64,000 nucleotides of DNA from Pavona decussata (taxonomy: Eukaryota): assembly GCA_977016875.1 (NCBI GenBank), contig CDRNST010000110.1, positions 434,001 through 498,000 on the forward strand, in the 5' to 3' direction. This document shows, in pieces, positions 1-13,000 of this stretch. The stretch's first letter is position 1, and each line of letters starts with the position of its first letter. Position numbers and translations under genes: made by a program. The notes beneath the pieces are model-generated. The model did not search any database. It was not told the origin of the DNA and saw only the letters and a list, made by a program, of their open reading frames with translations.

Positions 1-611
1 GAATAATCCTTCGTTGCTGTCATCTTGGGCGAGGAAGCGCGAGAGGGCTGGAGCGAGTCAAAAGTGACCCTAAGGGAGTAGACGACTGGCAAATACATGA
101 ACTAAATTTATTATTCAGCGCTCGCCCATGAAAAACGCCTGCACTGCAGGCTAAGTATTCCTAAGTAGTTCTTCTTTTGATGTACCATTTCGAAAAGTTG
201 TGTTTTCGTTCGGAAAACGCGAAAATCGGCGACTAAAAAATGGCCGACCCATGCAAACCCATGCAGCGACAAGATTACCTGCGCATGCGTTTAAAGACCC
301 AGACGGCGATTTGTGACTGAATGAGGAAAACGAAAAAAAAAAAAAAAAAAAAAAAAACGAAAGGCAATTATATTCAACTTGGTCTCCCTTTGGGAAGCCC
401 AAGTAATAATGCTTTGACGTCACACAAGTAGGGGTGAGTGGGTCCCCTCCCTCGCGATATAATATAAGTGGCAAAAAAGGATTTTTATTGGCCTGCTTTT
501 GTTGAAAACAATCAGAACAATACATCCCGAGTAGGAGAGGGAGAGTTTAAATAATAAATTAATGTACAGATTTGTAGCTACTACGAAGAAAAAAAAGAAG
601 AAAAAAAAAAA

Positions 612-729
612 AGAAATCGACCCGTTTTTAGACGCAGTATGCTCCTTCAGGACATCCCGCGTAAAAAAAAAAAAGAAAGAAATCGACCCGTTTTTAGACA
701 CGGTATGCCCCTCAGGGCATCCCGCGTAA
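612..729. repeat. Two-copy tandem repeat (~65-bp unit)
   Basis: agaaatcgacccgtttttagac..gtatg..tcagg..catcccgcgtaa occurs twice, separated by an A-run. Confidence 0.9.
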
Positions 730-863
730 TTAAGTACACGCGGGAATTATAGTGAGAATAAGGTATTATTTTCCTCAGTATTCAATATGTTAATATCATG
801 CTTTGTTTGAATGTCATTTCTTGCATGCCGTCTACTCTCACGGCACTTAGGAAGCCTGCAGTC

Positions 864-1039
864 ATGGCAGTGTGCTCGTTGCAGGGCATAGCTTGTGTAC
901 TTTTGCAAGTAGCTATATTCAATTTTGGCTGTTCATCAGCAAAGATACGTCATTATTACATCGCAGCTTTAGAGAAGGATTGGAATTACGCGCCAACAGG
1001 ATTTGATATGGTTAAAGGCGTTCAACTGGAACAAGACAG
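864..1039 (+). CDS. HEPHL: MCO exon 1 (signal peptide, start of domain 1)
   Basis: [44 protein letters not shown]; donor AG|gtaag, phase 2. An upstream in-frame ATG exists at 798. Confidence 0.9.
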
Positions 1040-4000
1040 GTAAGACTCGGAAACTAGACAACAAGGGAGTATTCCATTAAGCAAGTTCAGCAGAACTGCA
1101 TGAAATTGTGGAACCATTTTGCGCACGTACAGCACGAGTACTTAAGTAATACTACTTTAAAAAACTACTGCCTTGGAAGCAAAGCGACGATACGACTTTA
1201 AAAAAATGACCGCCTGGGAGGCAAAGCAACGGGTGGATCTAGCTGTAGCCAGCTGTCTAGTTAGCTGCAGCTGCCACTCTTGCGATTATAAAGCTGTCCG
1301 CTCCGGGCTAGCAGGTAAGAAATGCCGGCGTCACATAGTTCACACGGATGTCTCGAAACCTCAGAGCCTTCGCTTGAATACTGGAGCCACGGAATTTAGA
1401 TGGTGCATATGTGTATTATGGTCGCACAAACAAGCTAATCACAGCAAAACCGGTTTGATAATGAATGTCGCTTTAAAAAGACAACTTAAAGAAGCTCTTA
1501 AAGCAAAAACACAAAGATCTCTTAGTTTCAGCGAGGGAAATATCATGTTATGTAATAATGAGATTAAAGCGCTGTCTCCTAATGGATCCTTCCTTGTGTA
1601 AGCCCGGGGGCGGTACTCCCATAAATTTGGAAACCCTATTTAAGGATGAGACAACAAACAATGACATCCTATTCAAGGGAAAAACAAAAACTAAGAATTT
1701 AATGTCGTGAACGGCTTTATTTCGTTCCTGTAACATCGGAAGTTACGCATCAAGCATAGAATACCGTGAGGGTAAGCCTAGTTTAATAATATGCCATCAT
1801 AACCATGGAACATCTTTCAGTGAAGTTTGTTCACTTTTGACAGTGTTAGTTATGCTGATACAACTTATATACCCTATCTAAGGATCACACCGGGAACACA
1901 ATGCCAACCGCACGTACAAAAATGACTCTCAAAAATCATACCCTATCACGGCGGCACATACCTATCTAGCCCATATCTGGGACTACCCACCCACCACCCC
2001 CCCCCCTTCCCCCCCCCCGTCCCCCGGGTGTGAAAGCTAATACAGTTTGATCTATTCAGAAGCTTTGGCTGAACGGAATCTGGCTAGATTGCAGAATACC
2101 CGGTCCACTAAATAAATATTCAAGTTAAAACACTGCTCGATCATCTAGTCGTCCAGTCGTGTTTTGGCAATGTTGCATGTTCACGCAGAGTCGTGCAGTG
2201 CTGAACAAACACGCTTTTCGTATATGCAATTAGTCTGAAATGTCAGCCGTCTCCTCCCCCTAACGGCTGATCGACATTTCAGACTAATATGCAATTTGTG
2301 GCGTGTGTGTTCAATATGTCACGCTTCGGTGGGTGCGCACGGCAATCGTGCGTTGTATAAATTCGTTCTCACAGAAAATAAAGCCTTTGATAATTTTTCT
2401 GCATTTCTGTTTCATTGAACCGTTTGAAACTTCTAATCCCTTCATTGCCAGTCGTTCGAAACATCCAAGCCGTTCACCGATAAATAATTTTTCCATAGCC
2501 GTTCTCTTGTTCACCAGCTACGAGCCGTTCGAACACTTTCTTTAGCCGGGGTGTCTCGAAAACTAAGACCTCATAAAAAAAACATATCTTTAATAAGCTT
2601 AGCACATAGCTCATCTTCAAGTGATGTTTTATAATTCCTGGGCAGTCATCAAAGAAAGATTTCTCGGCAAGGGTAAAACGCCGCAAGTAGGAAAGTCTTA
2701 TAGTTTTCCAAAGTGCTATCCAAAGTACTGTTAAAATAGGCTCATAGAAGTGCATGTAGTTGTGTTTTTAACTCCCATTCCTCGCTTGGCGTTTTACCCA
2801 TGCCGTGCAAAAATATTAATACCAGAGTATAATTGTATTGATGCAAATGCTGCTTGTAACTTTTTTGACCTTCCATTTGTTTTCAAATGACAAAATATCT
2901 GTCTTGATGAATTACATAATCTTACTTTAGCGATTCGATTAGTCAAAATCAAACATGCACATTCCTGGGTAGTACAGGGGACATGAATGTCAAAATCGGA
3001 GGTACCGGTTGTCCAGAAATAGACTTGTCCCATTCGCCGTATTAGGTAATTTATCACTGGCAAACCATCAACTTGGATACCGAAATTCTTTGGCAATATA
3101 ATTTTGTAAAGTTTAAAAACGTTTTTGTGTCAGTCTACTAAATCTCTGGAGTCACCTTATGCTTTTATGAGTTCAAAATTTAGACCCCTTGTGTGCAAAG
3201 GAAAATTGTCTAACTTCCGACAGGGGATAGATATGAGGACGTATGTGACAAGTGATCGCTTACGGGAGGTTAAAAACAAAAGAAAATTGCAAACTGTCAT
3301 CTCCAAAAGTGGTCGCGGACGCCTGCGAGAGGTGATCGCTTACCAGAGGTTCCAACTATAGTTATCTGACTGGAAAAATGTTGGTAATTTGGAAAAGTGG
3401 TCGCTCATAAGAGGTGGTCGCAAGGGGAGGTTCGACTGCAATTCAATCACTCATACGTAGCTTCATTCCAAAAAAAACCCTCGAATGTTGATTGGCTGCG
3501 TAAAGACTTCCTACATGTTTGCGTGCACGAGAGTCTTAAGTGGAGTTCAAAGAGCAATTTAACGATTATAAGTAAAAAATGAATAAATATGGTGTAAAAT
3601 TCAAAACCCTGTCAACTCAAACACACCATTACCAAAAGGGTTAAAACCTGCCAAAGTTGTCCCACTTTCCAGTTCGTTTTCCTGGATGCTTGAGATAAGA
3701 GGCGGAAAAGGCGTCTGCTCCCACAGGCGGCGACTGACGTCGATAGCAGCTTCCTGGTTGCTAGGTAACTGGTACCTTTAACAGTCAGTTGATAACGTTA
3801 CACTGAGCAGTTATAACTGGCTATGCATTGTGTTAGAAGTAACTTCAGAACATTCGGCTGAAATTAGTCCATCAACTACTGCTTTGACGAACTTAGGACG
3901 CTTGGTTTGATATTAGCCGAGTCCACCATGGCCAGTTAATTCCCACGGCAGACAATTTGACCACTTAAATCTGATCACATTAAAGGGGTTCTTCACGCAA

Positions 4001-7000
4001 GACAATGAATGACTGGGCTTCATCCGTTGGACTTAAACAAAGTGGTCCCAACTGAGCGAGGTGGTCATATAAACAGGGAGGTCTTGTGTGAGCAAACCTT
4101 TTGAAACCTTGATCCTACACAAATTAAGAATGCACCTTGGTTACGTTTCAAGTTATCAAATGTTGTATAAAAATTATCTTTGCAGTGGTGCTTCCCAGTT
4201 CACCGTATCAGGTCCTCATAGGATAGGAAGAGTTTATCGCAAGGTGCTCTATCGTGAATTCACAGATGGGACATTCACAGAGGAGATCCCCCATCCAACG
4301 TACCTGGGCCTTCTAGGACCCATAATAAAAGGTGAAGTGGGAGATACTCTAAAGGTTCACTTCAAAAACATGGCCGACCGACCCTATACAATGCATCCGC
4401 ATGGGGTCTTTTATGACAAGGGTTCAGAGGGAGCTCTCTATGAAGATCATACCAAGGAAGACCTGAAAGGGGACGATCATGTGCAACCAAATATGACCCG
4501 TGTTTATGAGTGGGCCATCCCTAAAAGTCATGCACCAACCAAAGATGACGAGAACTGTTTGACATGGGCTTATCATTCTCACGTCAAGCCTGTTCAGGAT
4601 ATCAACACTGGCTTAATTGGTGAGTAAAATCGGCAATAAATTAAAGTGGAACAACAACAAAATAGCAACGACAACTGCGAGTAAGTACGGTGACAACAAG
4701 GTTAGCACTGATAACAAGATCGTACAACAACGAAAAAAAACATTAACCACGGCAACCACAGCATGTAGTTGTTATTATTCCTTAATTTCTCTCCTACTTC
4801 TCCGTTTTTTTCCTTAAAAAAGTTGTCACTGTGTGTGTGAACGTTTGTATGTGTTGCCATGCTGTACCTCCCCTATCAACATTTAACTTCAAAAAAAAAA
4901 AACTATTAAGAATTCATAGGCCCTTTGACCTATCAAATGGTCGAACAGTGGTTTTAAAACCCGATAAAACCTCCTCCCTATTAGTATGCGGTGTGAAATG
5001 TCTTTTCTCGTATGCTAATTTCCAATGTTCACAAAAGCATCATTGTTATGAACTCTCTTGACAAACGCTTTTCCAGGAATGTTTTTGAAGCCGTTCAAAA
5101 AACTCGCAGCATGTGTTTTATCGGGTCTAAAACCACTCGGCTGCGCCTCGTGGTTTTAAATCCCGATAAAACGCTGCTGCTCGTGTTTCAAGCATTACTT
5201 TATTTAGTTTTTTATCTCCGCTATCAATGTTTTATATAATTTAGATTATTTAATCCGGCTCCCTGTCGTTTTATGTTTAGTTATTTAGTTAGTCATTTAG
5301 TTAATTAGTTATTCTTTCGTAAATTAACTTTGACTTTTCTTATGGGTAAAATAAAGTGTTGTTGTTGTTGACAAGGAGGAAAACAAAAATATAAACAATA
5401 AACAACAACGATCGATGGTGACAGCAACAAATATCTTGACTTTGATGACTTTGATGAATGTAAAAATGACGGAACAACATGGAATCTAAGATCTGATCGA
5501 GAATTACAGTGAAGCTCTCTTGAGTATCTAATCACATGTAAACTTTCTATTTGTTTTTACGTCTTCTCTCCATGGTTTCTTTACATTTTTAATAGTGTAC
5601 CTAATTGTATCTCCCGTGTTATAATTTCTTTTGTGTGGCAAAGTAAATTGAAAAAAAAAACTTATGTTTGTATTGACGACCATAGAGAGGCCACTTAATA
5701 AATCGTACGAATTTGTTCTATTTTTGAGTTTATATTTATTTTGCTGACAAACAGGGGCGATCTTAACTTGCAAAGAAGGAACTTTGGATCCAAGCTCCGG
5801 GACTCGAACAGATGTAGATAGAGAATTTGTACTCCTTTTCACCGTTTTTGATGAGAACAAAAGCTGGCTCCTTGATCGCAATATCAAGCGATTTTGTTCA
5901 GACCCTGGCGGAGCTATGAATCTGAAGGGAGATGGCGCATTTGTGAAAAGCAACAAGATGTACGCCATCAATGGACGCGTGTTTGGTAACTTAGGGGGAT
6001 TAGACTTGTGTCTTGGCGACAAAATCAGCTGGCATATGTTTGGTATTGGTGCTGACTACGATGTCCACGCAGGTATTGCCTATGTTACTCTTCTAAAAAA
6101 TGGAGAAATATGAAACTACAGTTCACTTGACGTACGTTTTAGCCAGCTAGATTTCAATTTCGCCAGAGTGACTCTGAACAATCCACCGCGTTAAATATTA
6201 AAACAACTACTTCCTGTGGGAAAAGATCAAACCTCCTTTAATGAACCAGATTCAGCCGATTCAACGGAACAAGCTAATACCGTAAGGCAATCGTTTGGAT
6301 TCAATGGAAACGAAAACTGATTCAGTTGATCGCAAAATCCCGATTAAGACTGGATCAGACCTCAAAGGAATGTTTTTTTCTTTTCTTACTGTATCACGGC
6401 AAAGCAGAACAGAACTCTTAACTCAACTTACCTGGATTGAATGTTTGTTTGTTTGTTTGTTTGTTTCAACAGAGTTCATAAGGGGATTTGTTCACCGTAA
6501 AGAGATTCGAGTGCTGATGTTTAAATGTAAGCGTTAGCCGGCTCTTCGTCAGAACGACGAAGGGCTAACGCTCGAAACGTCAGCACTCGAATCTCGTTAT
6601 GGTGGCCAAACAGTACCTTCTCAACTCTGTTGAAAAAACCAAACATTCGTTTCCACTTCCCACTGACGCAACACCACAGTTCCTTTAGAAACTAACCTCC
6701 TTATTTCTTGGATTGAAACTGTTGAAACCAGCTGTCTTCATCACATTTGAAGAGAAATTTTTAAGGCAGGATGAATTAATAGTTGGCACTGACGACAAAT
6801 TTAAATTGCGCGAAGGTCGATAAATGGAGTGTAATGGTCCTAACATTTTTTGGAGAGCGGAGGGGGTGGAGATGGGGAAGAGAGGTAAGCCTGTTGATGG
6901 CCTAATATGCTACCTTGGGGAATACCAATGCCTTGTTCGCTCAATTCAGACTAGGCCTTGGCTATTTTGTCTTTACTTTTTCTGTCTTTCATTTCATTCC

Positions 7001-10000
7001 TTCTTCTCGCCTCGATCCCTAGCTGTATCGAGTGGAAAGTGACCTCTAGCTATAAATCAAGCTGTCTTTCCAGAATCACAAATAATAGCAAAATAAGACA
7101 TATCCTGTGAGATTAGGAGCGATGTGTGGCAATTACATGTAATTCTTAACGAGCTGCAAACGGCTGGTCCTTTGACATCAATTCAGCTAGAGAATGAAAT
7201 CATGATCAATAAATTATTACTGGGCCTAAATATCCTGTCTTCAATCCTAATGATCGTTTGTTCTTGTTCAACAGCATATTTTCATGGACAGATCTTTAGT
7301 ATTGACCATCACCGAAAGAGTATTGCAACCCTTTTTCCCGCGACATTTGTGGCAGCAAACATGAAGGCCATCAATCCGGGAACTTGGCTTTTAAACTGTA
7401 TGGTAACAAGTAACTATGACGGAGGGATGTACGCTTTGTTTAACGTAACGAAATGCGCCGGCGACGTTGTTCCGCCAGTCGCCAGCGGTGGCATAACGAG
7501 AAAGTATTTCATTGCTGCCGAGGAGAAGATGTGGAATTATGGGCCGAGTGGTGTGAATAAAATGAATGGAGATCAACTCACTAAACCAGGAAGGTATGGA
7601 TAATTACTAAATGCAAACTAAAGATCGTTTCGCGAAAGGAACAGATCATTATCATGCACGAAATTCTGATTGATGGATACAAAATGCCATTTATCGGCCG
7701 AAATTAAAACTCGATTTTCATTTCACCACAAACCTATTTGAGAAACTCACAACATAGGGAGGGGATCGCATGCGCTCTTTTTTATACATTGGCTTAACGT
7801 CTAATTGTGGCGATGAGGCTGAAAGTTCTTATCTTTTTTGCCAATTTGTGCCTAAAAACTCAGTTCTCAAGATGTTCCTCAAGTTACCCGTTAAAGTATT
7901 TCCAAAAAAGCAATGCGCACATGAGAGCAGAAAGTTATCAATGAGCATTACATTTTGTTCTGTGGTATCAAGTAATCTGTGACTCTAGTGTTGCGTTCAA
8001 AATATCGTGCCACCCAGTTCTCTGTATTTTGGACTGTATAGACTAAACTGATACATTTATTTTACCTGTATTCAAACTGCTCTTTTGAAAACAAAACAAA
8101 AACTGATGGTCAAAGTAAAACTCAGCCTAAACGTTCTTACAAAAAAGGATTTTTTAAAAAAGAGTATATGAAAGTGGCGCGCCGTGTAGTTTGGGATAAT
8201 TCTTTAATTTGAACCGTGCCTCCTGATAGCGAACCTTCCCGGAATTCATTTCAAAGTTTCCGACAAGACAATATCATGGTTTTTATGACTGAAGACCACT
8301 TTGATTATTAGGTTAGACGAGGGAAAAAGAAAAAGGATAAAAAAAATACTCTTTCTAGCGCCGATACAGCGTGACAGCGTGACAGCGTGGCCGAGCGGTT
8401 AGGGTGCCGGACTAGGGATTCAATTCCCGCTCTGTCTGCTAGCTAGAGTTTAAACCATGTTAAATTCAATTTGAATAATGTTTTTGTGAAGATTAATGCT
8501 CGGTAACACTAATGCCNNNNNNNNNNNNNNNNNNNNNNNNNNNNNNNNNNNNNNNNNNNNNNNNNNNNNNNNNNNNNNNNNNNNNNNNNNNNNNNNNNNN
8601 NNNNNNNNNNNNNNNNNNNNNNNNNNNNNNNNNNNNNNNNNNNNNNNNNNNNNNNNNNNNNNNNNNNNNNNNNNNNNNNNNNNNNNNNNNNNNNNNNNNN
8701 NNNNNNNTACCCTGACTTTAAACGCTCCTTAGCGCCTAAGTCACTTACGGAGTGCACAAATATACGATAAGTTGCAATTCACAGTTGAAGCAGTCTTGTC
8801 TTGGAGATTCTACTATTTTGCCAAAGTCTTCAGTACATTCAAGACACGAGTAACAGACAGAAACCGTCATTTTGTTTCTTAAATTGGGTACTATGTCAAT
8901 AAACGTCTGTTTTCATTATTTCAGCGAGTCATCAGAATACTTCATCCAAGCAGACGATAGAATTGGAGGCACTTATAAGAAGGCTTTGTATATTGAGTAT
9001 ACAGACGATACGTTTAGCACTCCGAGGAACAGAACTGAAGATGAACTACACCTTGGTTCGTTGGGCCCTGTTATTCGTGGGGAAGTTGGTGATACCATTG
9101 AAGTTGTCTTTAGAAACAAGGTTAGTTTCATCATTGTGAAGGGCATATGAAATCCCGGAGAATTCTCCCCTTTAAAAATGAAGGGGGTTGCTCGTTTGAA
9201 AATTTCTAAAACACTCGAAAAGGTACCAGAATCTAGTTTTGTGGGCGTAGTCCAAATTCATTTTTATCCCCCTGAGGAATCAATTCTAAACCAAAAAATA
9301 GCTAGCGATAGTAATGGGAAACGGTTACGGTTCCCGTCATTTTCCCCAAAGGACCCAAACAGGTAACCCGACAACTGTAGCGGCGGTCCTTTTGGATTTT
9401 AGCACCCTAAGAGGTACCAATCCAAAAGATACGACAAACACTCTAGTCATGTTTATAGGCGAATAGCCCCCTCCCCCAGCTATGAAAAACTGCGTATCTC
9501 AGCAATGTTTATACGACAGAGAAATCAGATGATTAACTCTACAGCTGCTCGGGGGGGTGGGGAGGAGGAGTGGTCATGGATTCGTACTGAACCCACTGAG
9601 GTCAAACAGTTCTCTACAGTTCTCTACCACCGGTTTCCTTACTAGGGACATGCTCAGCACTTAAATTTCTACAGTTGATTTGATTCTTTGGTTTCTTAGT
9701 TTTATTATCTTATTTAGCTGCTCTATTTTCAATAATTATGAAGTACCGAGTGAAATATGTTCATAACAACAAGATTATTTTTTAGTAATATTGAGAACCG
9801 GAGGCCGGCGATTGTCCAAAAACTTCTTGAATCCAAGGTTTTTTTTTCGCAGCACTAGTAAAACTGACAATTGGTGAATCAGAAAATTAACGCTACAGTG
9901 AAAGTTAATGTGATGAAGTTCTGAGTCCAGAGAGAAAATGCCGGGAAACCAACGAGATAGGAGGTCCTGAGGTTCGATTCCCACGGAGAGCTTAAAAGTT

Positions 10001-13000
10001 TTTTCTTTGCATCGTATGGTTTTCAAGTTTCTTTCTAAGGCTAAGGATTACTTGGAAATTCATGGTTTCTCCTCAGCTCTTTAATTTTTACTGCAGAGTT
10101 AATTCTGTGCCGGATTCATTATTTGAACAGTGTATAAGCTAGTAAGCTGATCGCTTGACGTTGAAATTTAGGCTTCAAGAAACTACAGCATTCACGCTAT
10201 TGGTGTTCTGTACAACAAGTCCAACGAAGGAGCTCTGTATGTAGACGGTACTTCTGGGGAAGATAAAAGCGATGATGCTATTCAACCGGGAGGAACATTC
10301 ACGTATCGGTGGACTGTGCCCGAGGAAATGGGTCCCAGGCCTACGGACGCTCACTGTTTAACAAGAATGTACCTGTCCTTTGTGCACCCAACTAAGGACA
10401 GATATGCTGGTATGAGACACATTTACATCCCCTTTCAATTAATACGTGAAAAGGATGGCCGACGGCTAAATGTCCCTGCTAAAAGTACAATGTAGTCTAT
10501 GTCTATTTGGCCAAATTGTCGTGGTGAGAGTTATGTTGTCGGCTAACGCAATTAGAAAGCATCCCCGCTAAGGACACTAGTGTGAAAATGATCCCAAAAG
10601 TACTGGAATCTCGTTTTGTTGGCATGGCACAAATTCATTTTCAAGCCTAAGAGATACCAAATAAGTTTACTGGCAAATAGTTCCTGTCTTACGTTTGGCT
10701 CAATACGTACCCTAAAAGGTGAGGCACGACAACTATTTGATTCACACCTAAAAGGTATGAATCCACATATTTTCTACCCTAAGAGAACTCTAAAGGGAAA
10801 GACAATCACCGCCGACATTTTTATATTGGGAAATTGTCTATTTTAACAATGATATAATTTTTCTATCGAGGGAATATGGCGGGCTTATAGTTGCCCGTCG
10901 TAAGTTTTAAGAACATTAAATTTGCAAGAGGCAATATCATCTTATAGTTCCTCGACAGTACTATCTATTATGCACTGTTTTTTATTGTTTATCCCTAAAT
11001 CTTCTTCTGCACAAGTCACTGAGGATTTACAGCTCAACAAGATGGCCTATAAGGACAAAAAGAACAAAAAACACTGGATGAAAACACAACAAATGCAACT
11101 TGTTTGTTAATGAATTGGAAGAATAAATGGGATTTTTATTGCGGACGAGTAATATCCTTCCGGGTATTTTTAGAGGACGGACACTATGTGCTAAAAGTGT
11201 CCTGTCACATGATCAATTTTAACCAATCAGACTCGGATAATATTTAGTGATGAACTATAATCACTCATAGAGACCTCAGCGTCAGTGATCTAATTGTAAA
11301 TTAGCAAATGTTTTTCAAAACTAAAACCATGCTCATTTGCAGGTCTTTTCGGTCCGCTGTTGGTTTGTAAGAAAAACAGTCTGGACTCCAGCAATAAACA
11401 AAAGAATGTGGACAAAGAGTTTGTTCTGCACTTCGTTGTTACACTGGAAAAAAATTCTTGGTACTACGATTTCAACAAACAACAGGCTAAAAACTCTTCC
11501 AGTATAAATGAAGGTAAAATTTAAAACTCTTAATATATAACGAAATACTTTGGTTCATGAATTCTCTTTATAGTATATTTATTTAGCTGATTTGTCGTTA
11601 ACCAATCCTTCTCGGAGCGTCTTGCTCCTTTTTATAGCTGACAGAAACTTCATAATTACGTGCACTATAAACTTCATAATGTAAATAACTAACTAACTAA
11701 ATAAATAAATCGCTTTTGTTTGACGAGTGTGACACTTAACAGTCTGTTACGACTGACAACTCTGTGGCCCTCAGGTTCCAGATCGAATTGGAATTTGAAA
11801 ATGTTGGCTTCTGAGGAGAGGGGAAAACCGGAGAACCCGGGGGAAAACCTCTCGGAGCAAGGACGAGAACCAACAACAAACTCAACCCACATATGACGTC
11901 GAGCCCAGAAATCAAACCCAGGCCACATTGGTGGCAGACGAGTGCTCTCATCACTGGACCATCCCTACTCCCCCATACCCTCATACCTGGGCCAGGGCTT
12001 ATAAGTGGAGAGATCAGAATTTGCGTTTCAAAATTGGTTGCGTTTGACAACAAAACAGCTTGAGACACAAAGCCAACAGTTTAAAGTAGCTAAACCTCAC
12101 AGTCCACGGAATCACATTCGGAAGGGCCAAGAGTTTCATCTCTCTTGCCATCAGAGGATTTCGGCGTTTAACTCGGGGAGGGGGCGAGGGCTTTAATTTG
12201 CAGCTGAAGATGACACCATAAGTATATCTAAATATGTCGTGTAAACTTAAAAATGTTGTTCTGTTTCTTAATAAGTTGCAGCACATATATATACCATTAC
12301 GTCGATCTCACCAGTTCATAATGCAGAAGCGTTTTTCTCTTTTTAGCTGACTCCTCTTACATCAATAGCAACAAGATGCATGACATAAATGGATATGTGT
12401 ATGGGAATCAGCTGGGTTTGAACATGTGCAAAGGCGATCGAGTGGCCTGGCACATCATGAGCGGAATACTGATGCATTCAGCTTATTTTTCTGGTAACAC
12501 TGTTCTCTTTAATGGCAAACGAACAGATGTTATAGCATTAATACAAGGTAAGAGCAGCTACTGGAACAACGACGGACTGTAATATATACCACACTTAATA
12601 TTCTCCAACTCACGAAACAAATAAAACGAATAAGGTATTTTCCTGATGGCATCATTGACTACAACTACCAGAATTCATTTCGTTTACCAAATCTTACCAG
12701 CTTCACGTTGTCAATTGCGTCGAAACAACAATGATATATTGCTGGTAAGTCCGAGGCTAGAAACAAAAAAGACTATGGGGGATCGCTCGTTTATGGTACC
12801 TGCCCCAGTCCTATGGAACAGCCTTCCTTTGTCAGTAACTTTACAGGAAATTAAACCAGCAAATGCTAGAGAGATTCCTCACCAATTCCACAAAACGTGT
12901 ATACAAACGGTGATTCTACGATTTTAAATTTGTAAAGTTTAGTGTTTGTGAACACTTTCATTTAAAGCTATGCATTGTAAAGCTCTTAATCTCGTGTCTA

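Noticed and set aside
280-1126. NRF1-like (280-289), CRE (415-422) and MRE-core (1120-1126) motifs near the MCO start
   Set aside because: Single short motifs are expected by chance, and the TSS is unknown.
3250-3440. Spaced ggtcgc/gaggt repeats resembling a CRISPR array
   Set aside because: Eukaryotic context with degenerate, irregular repeats; these are subterminal repeats of a DNA-transposon MITE.
5528-6022. Antisense ORFs over MCO/TF exons (e.g. 5528-6022, 15403-15879, 51510-51830)
   Set aside because: Shadow frames of real coding exons.
8496-8757. ORFs containing X runs (here and at the other gaps)
   Set aside because: Artefacts of N gaps.
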